Assembly (NCBI GenBank): GCA_964016885.1
Contig: OZ024740.1
Span: forward strand, 38,254,001 to 38,318,000
Length of the DNA stretch: 64,000 bases
From: Eledone cirrhosa
Taxonomy: Eukaryota
Direction: 5' to 3'
Shown: positions 1-15,000 of the stretch, in pieces
Numbering within the stretch: the first letter of the stretch is position 1
How the letters are laid out: every line of letters starts with the position of its first letter
Position numbers and translations under genes: made by a program
Notes under the pieces: generated by a model
Seen by the model: the letters and a program-made list of their open reading frames with translations, nothing else
Database searches by the model: none
What the model was told of the DNA's origin: nothing

Positions 1-3000
1 GCTGACTAACTAGGTTATTTTTACATTAATCCTAGCTCATCTTATACATTACACTACAGATCAGGTACAAACAGTTGACTAACTAGGTTGTGTTTACATT
101 AATCCTAGCTCATCTTATACATTACACTACAGATCAGGTACAAACAGCTGACTAACTAGGTTATTTTTACATTAATCCTAGCTCATCTTATACATTATAC
201 TACAGATCAGGTACAAACAGATGACTAACTAGGTTGTGTTTACATTAATCCTAGCTCATCTTATACATTACACTACAGATCAGGTACAAACAGCTGACTA
301 ACTAGGTTATTTTTAAATTAATCCTAGCTCATCTTATACATTACACTACAGATCAGGTACAAACAGTTGACTAACTAGGTTGTGTTTACGTTAATCCTAG
401 CTCATCTTATACATTACACTACAGCTCAGGTACAAACAGCTGACTAACTAGGTTATTTTTACTTTAATCCTAGCTCATCCTATACATTACACTACAGATC
501 AGGTACAAACAGCTGACTTACTAGGTTGTTTTTACATTAATCCTAGCTCATCTTATACATTACACTACAGATCAGGTACAAACAGCTGACTAACTAGGTT
601 ATTTTTACTTTAATCCTAGCTCATCTTATACATTACACTACAGATCAGGTACAAACAGCTGACTAACTAGGTTGTGTTTACATTAATCCTTGCTCATCTT
701 ATACATTACACTACAGATCATGTACAAACAGCTGACTAACTAGGTTATTTTTACATTAATCCTAGCTCATCTTATACATTACACTACAGATCAGGTACAA
801 ACAGTTGACTAACTAGGTTGTGTTTACGTTAATCCTAGCTCATCTTATACATTACACTACAGATCAGGTACAAACAGCTGACTAACTACGTTATTTTTAC
901 TTTAATCCTAGCTCATCTTATACATTACACTACAGATCAGGTATAAACAGTTGACTAACTAGGTTGTGTTTACATTAATCCTAGCTCATCTTATAAATTA
1001 CACTACAGATCAGGTACAAACAGTTGACTAACTAGGTTGTGTTTACATTAATCCTAGCTGATCTTATACATTACACTACAGATCAGGTACAAACAGCTGA
1101 CTAACTAGGTTATTTTTACATTAATCCTAGCTCATCTTATACATTACACTACAGATCAGGTACAAACAGTTGACTAACTAGGTTGTGTTTACATTAATCC
1201 TAGCTCATCTTATACATTACACTACAGATCAGGTACAAACAGCTGACTAACTAGGTTATTTTTACTTTAATCCTAGCTCATCTTATACATTACACTACAG
1301 ATCAGGTACAAACAGTTGACTAACTAGGTTGTGTTTACATCAATCCTAGCTCATCTTATACATTACACTACAGATCAGGTACAAACAGCTGACTAACTAG
1401 GTTATTTTTACATTAATCCTAGCTCATCTTATACATTACACTACAGATCAGGTACAAACAGTTGACTAACTAGGTTGTGTTTACATTAATCCTAGCTCAG
1501 CTTATACATTACACTACAGATCAGGTACAAACAGTTGACTAACTAGGTTGTGTTTACATTAATCCTAGCTCATCTTATACATTACACTACAGATCGGGTA
1601 CAAACAGCTGACTAACTAGGTTGTGTTTACATTAATCCTAGCTCATCTTATACATTACACTACAGATCAGGTACAAACAGCTGACTAACTAGGTTATTTT
1701 TACATTAATCCTAGCTCATCTTATACATTACACTACAGATCAGGTACAAACAGTTGACTAACTAGGTTGTGTTTACATTAATCCTAGCTCATCTTATACA
1801 TTACACTACAGATCAGGTACAAACAGTTGACTAACTAGGTTGTGTTTACATTAATCCTAGCTTACCTTATACATTACACTACAGATCAGGTACAAACAGC
1901 TGACTAACTAGGTTGTGTTTACATTAATCCTAGCTCATCTTATACATTACACTACAGATCAGGTACAAACAGCTGACTAACTAGGTTATTTTTACATTAA
2001 TCCTAGCTCATCTTATACATTACACTACAGATCAGGTACAAACAGTTGACTAACTAGGTTGTGTTTACGTTAATCCTAGCTCATTTTATACATTACACTA
2101 CAGCTCAGGTACAAACAGCTGACTAACTAGGTTATTTTTACTTTAATCCTAGCTCATCTTATACATTACACTACAGATCAGGTACAAACAGTTGACTAAC
2201 TAGGTTGTGTTTACATTAATCCTAGCTCATATTATAAATTACACTACAGATCAGGTACAAACAGTTGACTAACTAGGTTGTGTTTACATTAATCCTAGCT
2301 CATCTTATACATTACACTACAGATCAGGTACAAACAGCTGACTAACTAGGTTATTTTTACATTAATCCTAGCTCATCTTATACATTACACTACAGATCAG
2401 GTACAAACAGCTGACTAACTAGGTTATTTTTACATTAATCCTAGCTCATCTTATACATTACACTACAGATCAGGTACAAACAGTTGACTAACTAGGTTGT
2501 GTTTACAATTAATCCTAGCTCATCTTATACATTACACTACAGATCGGGTACAAACAGCTGACTAACTAGGTTATTTTTACATTAATCCTAGCTCATCTTA
2601 TACATTATACTACAGATCAGGTACAAAGAGTTGACTAACTAGGTTGTGTTTACATTAATCCTAGCTCATCTTATACATTACACTACAGATCAGGTACAAA
2701 CATCTGACTAACTAGGTTATTTTTACATTAATCCTAGCTCATCTTATACATTACACTACAGATCAGGTACAAACAGTTGACTAACTAGGTTGTGTTTACA
2801 TTAATCCTAGCTCAACTTATACATTACACTACAGATCAGCTACAAACAGTTGACTAACTAGGTTGTGTTTACATTAATCCTAGCTCATCTTATACATTAC
2901 ACTACAGATCAGGTACAAACAGCTGACTAACTAGGTTGTGTTTACATTAATCCTAGCTCATATTATAAATTACACTACAGATCAGGTACAAACAGTTGAC

Positions 3001-6000
3001 TAACTAGGTTGTGTTTACATTAATCCTAGCTCATCTTATACATTACACTACAGATCAGGTACAAACAGCTGACTAACTAGGTTATTTTTACATTAATCCT
3101 AGCTCATCTTATACATTACACTACAGATCAGGTACAAACAGTTGACTAACTAGGTTGTGTTTACATTAATCCTAGCTCAACTTATACATTACACTACAGA
3201 TCAGGTACAAACAGTTGACTAACTAGGTTGTGTTTACATTAATCCTAGCTCATCTTATACATTACACTACAGATCAGGTACAAACAGCTGACTAACTAGG
3301 TTGTTTTTACATTAATCCTAGCTCATCTTATACATTACACTACAGATCAGGTACAAACAGCTGACTAACTAGGTTATTTTTACTTTAATCCTAGCTCATC
3401 TTATACATTACACTACAGATCAGGTACAAACAGCTGACTAACTAGGTTGTGTTTACATTAATCCTTGCTCATCTTATACATTACACTACAGATCATGTAC
3501 AAACAGCTGACTAACTAGGTTGTGTTTACATTAATCCTAGCTCAACTTATACATTACACTACAGATCAGGTACAAACAGTTGACTAACTAGGTTGTGTTT
3601 ACATTAATCCTAGCTCATCTTATACATTACACTACAGATCAGGTACAAACAGCTGACTAACTAGGTTATTTTTACTTTAATCCTAGCTCATCTTATACGT
3701 TACACTACAGATCAGGTACAAACAGCTGACTAACTAGGTTGTTTTTACATTAATCCTAGCTCATCTTATACATTACACTACAGATCAGGTACAAACAGTT
3801 GACTAACTAGGTTGTGTTTACATTAATCCTAGCTCATCTTATACATTACACTACAGATCAGGTACAAACAGCTGACTAACTAGGTTATTTTTACTTTAAT
3901 CCTAGCTCATCTTATACATTACACTACAGATCAGGTACAAACAGCTGACTAACTAGGTTGTGTTTACATTAATCCTAGCTCATCTTATACATTACACTAC
4001 AGATCAGGTACAAACAGTGGACTAACCAGGTTGTGTTTACATTAATCCTAGCTCATCTTATACATTACACTACAGATCAGGTACAAACAGTTGACTAACT
4101 AGGTTGTGTTTACATTAACCCTAGCTCATCTTATACATTACACTACAGATCAGGTACAAACAGCTGACTAACTAGGTTATTTTTACATTAATCCTAGCTC
4201 ATCTTATACATTACACTACAGATCAGGTACAAACAGTTGACTAACTAGGTTGTGTTTACGTTAATCCTAGCTCATCTTATACATTACACTACAGATCAGG
4301 TACAAACAGCTGACTAACTACGTTATTTTTACTTTAATCCTAGCTCATCTTATACATTACACTACAGATCAGGTATAAGCAGTTGACTAACTAGGTTGTG
4401 TTTACATTAATCCTAGCTCATCTTATAAATTACACTACAGATCAGGTACATACAGTTGACTAACTAGGTTGTGTTTACATTAATCCTAGCTGATCTTATA
4501 CATTACACTACAGATCAGGTACAAACAGCTGACTAACTAGGTTATTTTTACGTTAATCCTAGCTCATCTTATACATTACACTACAGATCAGGTACAAACA
4601 GCTGACTAACTAGGTTATTTTTACTTTAATCCTAGCTCATCTTATACATTACACTACAGATCAGGTAGAAACAGCTGACTAACTAGGTTGTGTTTACATT
4701 AATCCTTGCTCATCTTATACATTACACTACAGATCATGTACAAACAGCTGACTAACTAGGTTGTTTTTACATTAATCCTAGCTCATCTTATACATTACAC
4801 TACAGATCAGGTACAAACAGTTGACTAACTAGGTTGTGTTTACATTAATCCTAGCTCATCTTATACATTACACTACAGATCAGGTACAAACAGCTGACTA
4901 ACTAGGTTATTTTTACTTTAATCCTAGCTCATCTTATACATTACACTACAGATCAGGTACAAACAGCTGACTAACTAGGTTGTTTTTACATTAATCCTAG
5001 CTCATCTTATACATTACACTACAGATCCGGTACAAACAGTTGACTAACTAGGTTGTGTTTACATTAATCCTAGCTCATCTTATACATTACACTACAGATC
5101 AGGTACAAACAGTTGACTAACTAGGTTGTGTTTACATTAACCCTAGCTCATCTTATACATTACACTACAGATCAGGTACAAACAGCTGACTAACTAGGTT
5201 ATTTTTACATTAATCCTAGCTCATCTTATACATTACACTACAGATCAGGTACAAACAGTTGACTAACTAGGTTGTGTTTACATTAATCCTAGCTCATCTT
5301 ATACATTACACTACAAATCAGGTACACACAGCTGACTAACTAGTTTATTTTTACATTAATCCTAGCTCATCTTATACATTACACTACAGAACAGGTACAA
5401 ACAGTTGACTAACTAGGTTGTGTTTACATTAATCCTAGCTCATCTTATACATTACACTACAGATCGGGTACAAACAGCTGACTAACTAGGTTGTGTTTAC
5501 ATTAATCCTAGCTCATCTTATACATTACACTACAGATCAGGTACAAACAGTTGACTAACTAGGTTGTGTTTACATTAATCCTAGCTCATCTTATACATTA
5601 CACTACAGATCAGGTACAAACATCTGACTAACTAGGTTATTTTTACATTAATCCTAGCTCATCTTATACATTACACTACAGATCAGGTACAAACAGTTGA
5701 CTAACTATGTTGTGTTTACATTAATCCTAGCTTACCTTATACATTACACTACAGATCAGGTACAAACAGCTGACTAACTAGGTTGTGTTTACATTAATCC
5801 TAGCTCATCTTATACATTACACTACAGATCAGGTACAAACAGCTGAATAACTAGGTTATTTTTACATTAATCCTAGCTCATCTTATACATTACACTACAC
5901 ATCAGGTACAAACAGTTGACTAACTAGGTTGTGTTTACGTTAATCCTAGCTCATCTTATACGTTACTCTACAGCTCAGGTACAAACAGCTGACTAACTAG

Positions 6001-9000
6001 GTTATTTTTACTTTAATCCTAGCTCATCTTATACATTACACTACAGATCAGGTACAAACAGTTGACTAACTAGGTTGTGTTTACATTAATCCTAGCTCAT
6101 CTTATAAATTACACTACAGATCAGGTACAAACAGTTGACTAACTAGGTTGTGTTTACATTAATCCTAGCTCATCTTATACATTACACTACAGATCAGGTA
6201 CAAACAGCTGACTAACTAGGTTATTTTTACATTAATCCTAGCTCATCTTATACATTACACTACAGATCAGGTACAAACAGTTGACTAACTAGGTTGTGTT
6301 TACATTAATCCTAGCTCATCTTATACATTACACTACAGATCGGGTACAAACAGCTGACTAACTAGGTTATTTTTACATTAATCCTAGCTCATCTTATACA
6401 TTATACTACAGATCAGGTACAAACAGTTGACTAACTAGGTTGTGTTTACATTAATCCTAGCTCATCTTATACATTACACTACAGATCAGGTACAAACATC
6501 TGACTAACTAGGTTATTTTTACATTAATCCTAGCTCATCTTATACATTACACTACAGATCAGGTACAAACAGTTGACTAACTAGGTTGTGTTTACATTAA
6601 TCCTAGCTTACCTTATACATTACACTACAGATCAGGTACAAACAGCTGACTAACTAGGTTGTGTTTACATTAATCCTAGCTCATCTTATACATTACACTA
6701 CAGATCAGGTACAAACAGCTGACTAACTAGGTTATTTTTACATTAATCCTAGCTCATCTTATACATTACACTACAGATCAGGTACAAACAGTTGACTAAC
6801 TAGGTTGTGTTTACGTTAATCCTAGCTCATCTGATACATTACACTACAGCTCAGGTACAAACAGCTGACTAACTAGGTTATTTTTACTTTAATCGTAGCT
6901 CATCCTATACATTACACTACAGATCAGGTACAAACAGCTGACTTACTAGGTTGTTTTTACATTAATCCTAGCTCATCTTATACATTACACTACAGATCAG
7001 GTACAAACAGCTGACTAACTAGGTTATTTTTACTTTAATCCTAGCTCATCTTATACATTACACTACAGATCAGGTACAAACAGCTGACTAACTAGGTTGT
7101 GTTTACATTAATCCTTGCTCATCTTATACATTACACTACAGATCATGTACAAACAGCTGACTAACTAGGTTATTTTTACATTAATCCTAGCTCATCTTAT
7201 ACATTACACTACAGATCAGGTACAAACAGTTGACTAACTAAGTTGTGTTTACGTTAATCCTAGCTCATCTTATACATTACACTACAGATCAGGTGCAAAC
7301 AGCTGACTAACTACGTTATTTTTACTTTAATCCTAGCTCATCTTATACATTACACTACAGATCAGGTATAAACAGTTGACTAACTAGGTTGTGTTTACAT
7401 TAATCCTAGCTCATCTTATAAATTACACTACAGATCAGGTACAAACAGTTGACTAACTAGGTTGTGTTTACATTAATCCTAGCTGATCTTATACATTACA
7501 CTACAGATCAGGTACAAACAGCTGACTAACTAGTTTATTTTTACGTTAATCCTAGCTCATCTTATACATTACACTACAGATCAGGTACAAACAGCTGACT
7601 AACTAGGTTATTTTTACATTAATCCTAGCTCATCTTATACATTACACTACAGATCAGGTACAAACAGTTGACTAACTAGGTTGTGTTTACATTAATCCTA
7701 GCTCATCTTATACATTACACTACAGATCAGGTACAAACAGCTGACTAACTAGGTTATTTTTACTTTAATCCTAGCTCATCTTATACATTACACTACAGAT
7801 CAGGTACAAACAGTTGACTAACTAGGTTGTGTTTACATTAATCCTAGCTCATCTTATACATTACACTACAGATCAGGTACAAGCAGCTGACTAACTAGGT
7901 TATTTTTACATTAATCCTACCTCATCTTATACATTACACTACAGATCAGGTACAAACAGTTGACTAACTAGGTTGTGTTTACATTAATCCTAGCTCATCT
8001 TATACATTACACTACAGATCAGGTACAAACAGTTGACTAACTAGGTTGTGTTTACATTAATCCTAGCTCATCTTATACATTACACTACAGATCGGGTACA
8101 AACAGCTGACTAACTAGGTTGTGTTTACATTAATCCTAGCTCATCTTATACATTACACTACAGATCAGGTACAAACAGCTGACTAACTAGGTTATTTTTA
8201 CATTAATCCTAGCTCATCTTATACATTACACTACAGATCAGGTACAAACAGTTGACTAACTAGGTTGTGTTTACATTAATCCTAGCTCATCTTATACATT
8301 ACACTACAGATCAGGTACAAACAGCTGACTAACTAGGTTATTTTTACATTAATCCTAGCTCATCTTATACATTATACTACAGATCAGGTACAAACAGATG
8401 ACTAACTAGGTTGTGTTTACATTAATCCTAGCTCATCTTATACATTACACTACAGATCAGGTACAAACATCTGACTAACTAGGTTATTTTTACATTAATC
8501 CTAGCTCATCTTATACATTACACTACAGATCAGGTACAAACAGTTGACTAACTAGGTTGTGTTTACATTAATCCTAGCTTACCTTATACATTACACTACA
8601 GATCAGGTACAAACAGCTGACTAACTAGGTTGTGTTTACATTAATCCTAGCTCATCTTATACATTACACTACAGATCAGGTACAAACAGCTGACTAACTA
8701 GGTTATTTGTAAATTAATCCTAGCTCATCTTATACATTACACTACAGATCAGGTACAAACAGTTGACTAACTAGGTTGTGTTTACGTTAATCCTAGCTCA
8801 TCTTATACATTACACTACAGCTCAGGTACAAACAGCTGACTAACTAGGTTATTTTTACTTTAATCCTAGCTCATCCTATACATTACACTACAGATCAGGT
8901 ACAAACAGCTGACTTACTAGGTTGTTTTTACATTAATCCTAGCTCATCTTATACATTACACTACAGATCAGGTAAAACAGCTGACTAACTAGGTTATTTT

Positions 9001-12000
9001 TACTTTAATCCTAGCTCATCTTATACATTACACTACAGATCAGGTACAAACAGCTGACTAACTAGGTTGTGTTTACATTAATCCTTGCTCATCTTATACA
9101 TTACACTACAGATCATGTACAAACAGCTGACTAACTAGGTTATTTTTACATTAATCCTAGCTCATCTTATACATTACACTACAGATCAGGTACAAACAGT
9201 TGACTAACTAGGTTGTGTTTACGTTAATCCTAGCTCATCTTATACATTACACTACAGATCAGGTACAAACAGCTGACTAACTACGTTATTTTTACTTTAA
9301 TCCTAGCTCATCTTATACATTACACTACAGATCAGGTATAAACAGTTGACTAACTAGGTTGTGTTTACATTAATCCTAGCTCATCTTATAAATTACACTA
9401 CAGATCAGGTACAAACAGTTGACTAACTAGGTTGTGTTTACATTAATCCTAGCTGATCTTATACATTACACTACAGATCAGGTACAAACAGCTGACTAAC
9501 TAGGTTATTTTTACATTAATCCTAGCTCATCTTATACATTACACTACAGATCAGGTACAAACAGTTGACTAACTAGGTTGTGTTTACATTAATCCTAGCT
9601 CATCTTATACATTACACTACAGATCAGGTACAAACAGCTGACTAACTAGGTTATTTTTACTTTAATCCTAGCTCATCTTATACATTACACTACAGATCAG
9701 GTACAAACAGTTGACTAACTAGGTTGTGTTTACATCAATCCTAGCTCATCTTATACATTACACTACAGATCAGGTACAAACAGCTGACTAACTAGGTTAT
9801 TTTTACATTAATCCTAGCTCATCTTATACATTACACTACAGATCAGGTACAAACAGTTGACTAACTAGGTTGTGTTTACATTAATCCTAGCTCAGCTTAT
9901 ACATTACACTACAGATCAGGTACAAACAGTTGACTAACTAGGTTGTGTTTACATTAATCCTAGCTCATCTTATACATTACACTACAGATCGGGTACAAAC
10001 AGCTGACTAACTAGGTTGTGTTTACATTAATCCTAGCTCATCTTATACATTACACTACAGATCAGGTACAAACAGCTGACTAACTAGGTTATTTTTACAT
10101 TAATCCTAGCTCATCTTATACATTACACTACAGATCAGGTACAAACAGTTGACTAACTAGGTTGTGTTTACATTAATCCTAGCTCATCTTATACATTACA
10201 CTACAGATCAGGTACAAACAGTTGACTAACTAGGTTGTGTTTACATTAATCCTAGCTTACCTTATACATTACACTACAGATCAGGTACAAACAGCTGACT
10301 AACTAGGTTGTGTTTACATTAATCCTAGCTCATCTTATACATTACACTACAGATCAGGTACAAACAGCTGACTAACTAGGTTATTTTTACATTAATCCTA
10401 GCTCATCTTATACATTACACTACAGATCAGGTACAAACAGTTGACTAACTAGGTTGTGTTTACGTTAATCCTAGCTCATTTTATACATTACACTACAGCT
10501 CAGGTACAAACAGCTGACTAACTAGGTTATTTTTACTTTAATCCTAGCTCATCTTATACATTATACTACAGATCAGGTACAAACAGTTGACTAACTAGGT
10601 TGTGTTTACATTAATCCTAGCTCATATTATAAATTACACTACAGATCAGGTACAAACAGTTGACTAACTAGGTTGTGTTTACATTAATCCTAGCTCATCT
10701 TATACATTACACTACAGATCAGGTACAAACAGCTGACTAACTAGGTTATTTTTACATTAATCCTAGCTCATCTTATACATTACACTACAGATCAGGTACA
10801 AACAGCTGACTAACTAGGTTATTTTTACATTAATCCTAGCTCATCTTATACATTACACTACAGATCAGGTACAAACAGTTGACTAACTAGGTTGTGTTTA
10901 CATTAATCCTAGCTCATCTTATACATTACACTACAGATCGGGTACAAACAGCTGACTAACTAGGTTATTTTTACATTAATCCTAGCTCATCTTATACATT
11001 ATACTACAGATCAGGTACAAAGAGTTGACTAACTAGGTTGTGTTTACATTAATCCTAGCTCATCTTATACATTACACTACAGATCAGGTACAAACATCTG
11101 ACTAACTAGGTTATTTTTACATTAATCCTAGCTCATCTTATACATTACACTACAGATCAGGTACAAACAGTTGACTAACTAGGTTGTGTTTACATTAATC
11201 CTAGCTCAACTTATACATTACACTACAGATCAGCTACAAACAGTTGACTAACTAGGTTGTGTTTACATTAATCCTAGCTCATCTTATACATTACACTACA
11301 GATCAGGTACAAACAGCTGACTAACTAGGTTGTGTTTACATTAATCCTAGCTCATATTATAAATTACACTACAGATCAGGTACAAACAGTTGACTAACTA
11401 GGTTGTGTTTACATTAATCCTAGCTCATCTTATACATTACACTACAGATCAGGTACAAACAGCTGACTAACTAGGTTATTTTTACATTAATCCTAGCTCA
11501 TCTTATACATTACACTACAGATCAGGTACAAACAGTTGACTAACTAGGTTGTGTTTACATTAATCCTAGCTCATCTTATACATTACACTACAGATCGGGT
11601 ACAAACAGCTGACTAACTAGGTTATTTTTACATTAATCCTAGCTCATCTTATACATTATACTACAGATCAGGTACAAAGAGTTGACTAACTAGGTTGTGT
11701 TTACATTAATCCTAGCTCATCTTATACATTACACTACAGATCAGGTACAAACATCTGACTAACTAGGTTATTTTTACATTAATCCTAGCTCATCTTATAC
11801 ATTACACTACAGATCAGGTACAAACAGTTGACTAACTAGGTTGTGTTTACATTAATCCTAGCTCAACTTATACATTACACTACAGATCAGGTACAAACAG
11901 TTGACTAACTAGGTTGTGTTTACATTAATCCTAGCTCATCTTATACATTACACTACAGATCAGGTACAAACAGCTGACTAACTAGGTTGTTTTTACATTA

Positions 12001-15000
12001 ATCCTAGCTCATCTTATACATTACACTACAGATCAGGTACAAACAGCTGACTAACTAGGTTATTTTTACTTTAATCCTAGCTCATCTTATACATTACACT
12101 ACAGATCAGGTACAAACAGCTGACTAACTAGGTTGTGTTTACATTAATCCTTGCTCATCTTATACATTACACTACAGATCATGTACAAACAGCTGACTAA
12201 CTAGGTTGTGTTTACATTAATCCTAGCTCAACTTATACATTACACTACAGATCAGGTACAAACAGTTGACTAACTAGGTTGTGTTTACATTAATCCTAGC
12301 TCATCTTATACATTACACTACAGATCAGGTACAAACAGCTGACTAACTAGGTTATTTTTACTTTAATCCTAGCTCATCTTATACGTTACACTACAGATCA
12401 GGTACAAACAGCTGACTAACTAGGTTGTTTTTACATTAATCCTAGCTCATCTTATACATTACACTACAGATCAGGTACAAACAGTTGACTAACTAGGTTG
12501 TGTTTACATTAATCCTAGCTCATCTTATACATTACACTACAGATCAGGTACAAACAGCTGACTAACTAGGTTATTTTTACTTTAATCCTAGCTCATCTTA
12601 TACATTACACTACAGATCAGGTACAAACAGCTGACTAACTAGGTTGTTTTTACATTAATCCTAGCTCATCTTATACATTACACTACAGATCAGGTACAAA
12701 CAGTTGACTAACTAGGTTGTGTTTACATTAATCCTAGCTCATCTTATACATTACACTACAGATCAGGTACAAACAGTTGACTAACCAGGTTGTGTTTACA
12801 TTAATCCTAGCTCATCTTATACATTACACTACAGATCAGGTACAAACAGTTGACTAACTAGGTTGTGTTTACATTAACCCTAGCTCATCTTATACATTAC
12901 ACTACAGATCAGGTACAAACAGCTGACTAACTAGGTTATTTTTACATTAATCCTAGCTCATCTTATACATTACACTACAGATCAGGTACAAACAGTTGAC
13001 TAACTAGGTTGTGTTTACGTTAATCCTAGCTCATCTTATACATTACACTACAGATCAGGTACAAACAGCTGACTAACTACGTTATTTTTACTTTAATCCT
13101 AGCTCATCTTATACATTACACTACAGATCAGGTATAAGCAGTTGACTAACTAGGTTGTGTTTACATTAATCCTAGCTCATCTTATAAATTACACTACAGA
13201 TCAGGTACATACAGTTGACTAACTAGGTTGTGTTTACATTAATCCTAGCTGATCTTATACATTACACTACAGATCAGGTACAAACAGCTGACTAACTAGG
13301 TTATTTTTACGTTAATCCTAGCTCATCTTATACATTACACTACAGATCAGGTACAAACAGCTGACTAACTAGGTTATTTTTACATTAATCCTAGCTCATC
13401 TTATACATTACACTACAGATCAGGTACAAACAGTTGACTAACTAGGTTGTGTTTACATTAATCCTAGCTCATCTTATACATTACACTACAGATCAGGTAC
13501 AAACAGCTGACTAACTAGGTTATTTTTACTTTAATCCTAGCTCATCTTATACATTACACTACAGATCAGGTACAAACAGTTGACTAACTAGGTTGTGTTT
13601 ACATTAATCCTAGCTCATCTTATACATTACACTACAGATCAGGTACAAACAGCTGACTAACTAGGTTATTTTTACATTAATCCTAGCTCATCTTATACAT
13701 TACACTACAGATCAGGTACAAACAGTTGACTAACTAGGTTGTGTTTACATTAATCCTAGCTCATCTTATACATTACACTACAGATCAGGTACAAACAGTT
13801 GACTAACTAGGTTGTGTTTACATTAATCCTAGCTCATCTTATACATTACACTACAGATCATGTACAAACAGCTGACTAACTAGGTTATTTTTACATTAAT
13901 CCTAGCTCATCTTATACATTACACTACAGATCAGGTACAAACAGTTGACTAACTAGGTTGTGTGTACATTAATCCTAGCTCATCTTATACATTACACTAC
14001 AGATCAGGTACAAACAGCTGACTAACTAGGTTGTGTTTACATTAATCCTAGCTGATCTTATACATTACACTACAGATGAGGTACAAACAGCTGACTAACT
14101 AGGTTATTTTTATATTAATCCTAGCTCATCTTATACATTACACTACAGATCAGGTACAAACAGTTGACTAACTAGGTTGTGTTTACATTAATCTTAGCTC
14201 ATCTTATACATTACACTACAGATCAGGTACAAACAGCTGACTAACTAGGTTATTTTTACATTAATCCTAGCTCATCTTATACATTACACTACAGATCAGG
14301 TACAAACAGTTGACTAACTAGGTTGTGTTTACATTAATCCTAGCTCATCTTATACATTACATTACAGATCAGGTACAAACAGCTGACTAACTAGGTTGTG
14401 TTTACATTAATCCTAGCTCATCTTATACATTACACTACAGATCAGGTACAAACAGTTGACTAACTAGGTTGTGTTTACATTAATCCTAGCTCATCTTATA
14501 CATAACACTACAGATCAGGTACAAACAGTTGACTAACTAGGTTGTGTTTACATTAATCCTAGCTCATCTTATACATTACACTACAGATCAGGTACAAACA
14601 GCTGACTAACTAGGTTATTTTTACATTAATCCTAGCTCATCTTATACATTACACTACAGATCAGGTACAAACAGTTGACTAACTAGGTTGTGTTTACATT
14701 AATCCTAGCTCATCTTATACATTACACTACAGATCAGGTACAAACAGTTGACTAACTAGGTTGTGTTTACATTAATCCTAGCTCATCTTATACATTACAC
14801 TACAGATCATGTACAAACAGCTGACTAACTAGGTTATTTTTACATTAATCCTAGCTCATCTTATACATTACACTACAGATCAGGTACAAACAGTTGACTA
14901 ACTAGGTTGTGTTTACATTAATCCTAGCTCATCTTATACATTACACTACAGATCAGGTACAAACAGCTGACTAACTAGGTTGTGTTTACATTAATCCTAG

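Noticed and set aside
54-72. Splice-like signals CTACAG and CAG|GTACAA, with a branch-point-like CTAAC, suggesting recursive splicing
   Set aside because: No polypyrimidine tract, poor donor match at +4 to +6, and no evidence that the array is intronic.
72-77. E-box CANNTG at monomer junctions retained by several variants (CAGCTG, CAGTTG, CATCTG, CACCTG, CAGATG)
   Set aside because: The disrupting TAGTTG variant is common in the right arm and others occur (GAGTTG, CAGCAG), so conservation is not supported.
2501-2510. Singleton 1-bp indels (near 2508, 8975, 17116, 63573) as biological events
   Set aside because: Those I could compare are absent from the paralogous duplicated blocks and cannot be distinguished from sequencing or consensus errors without reads.
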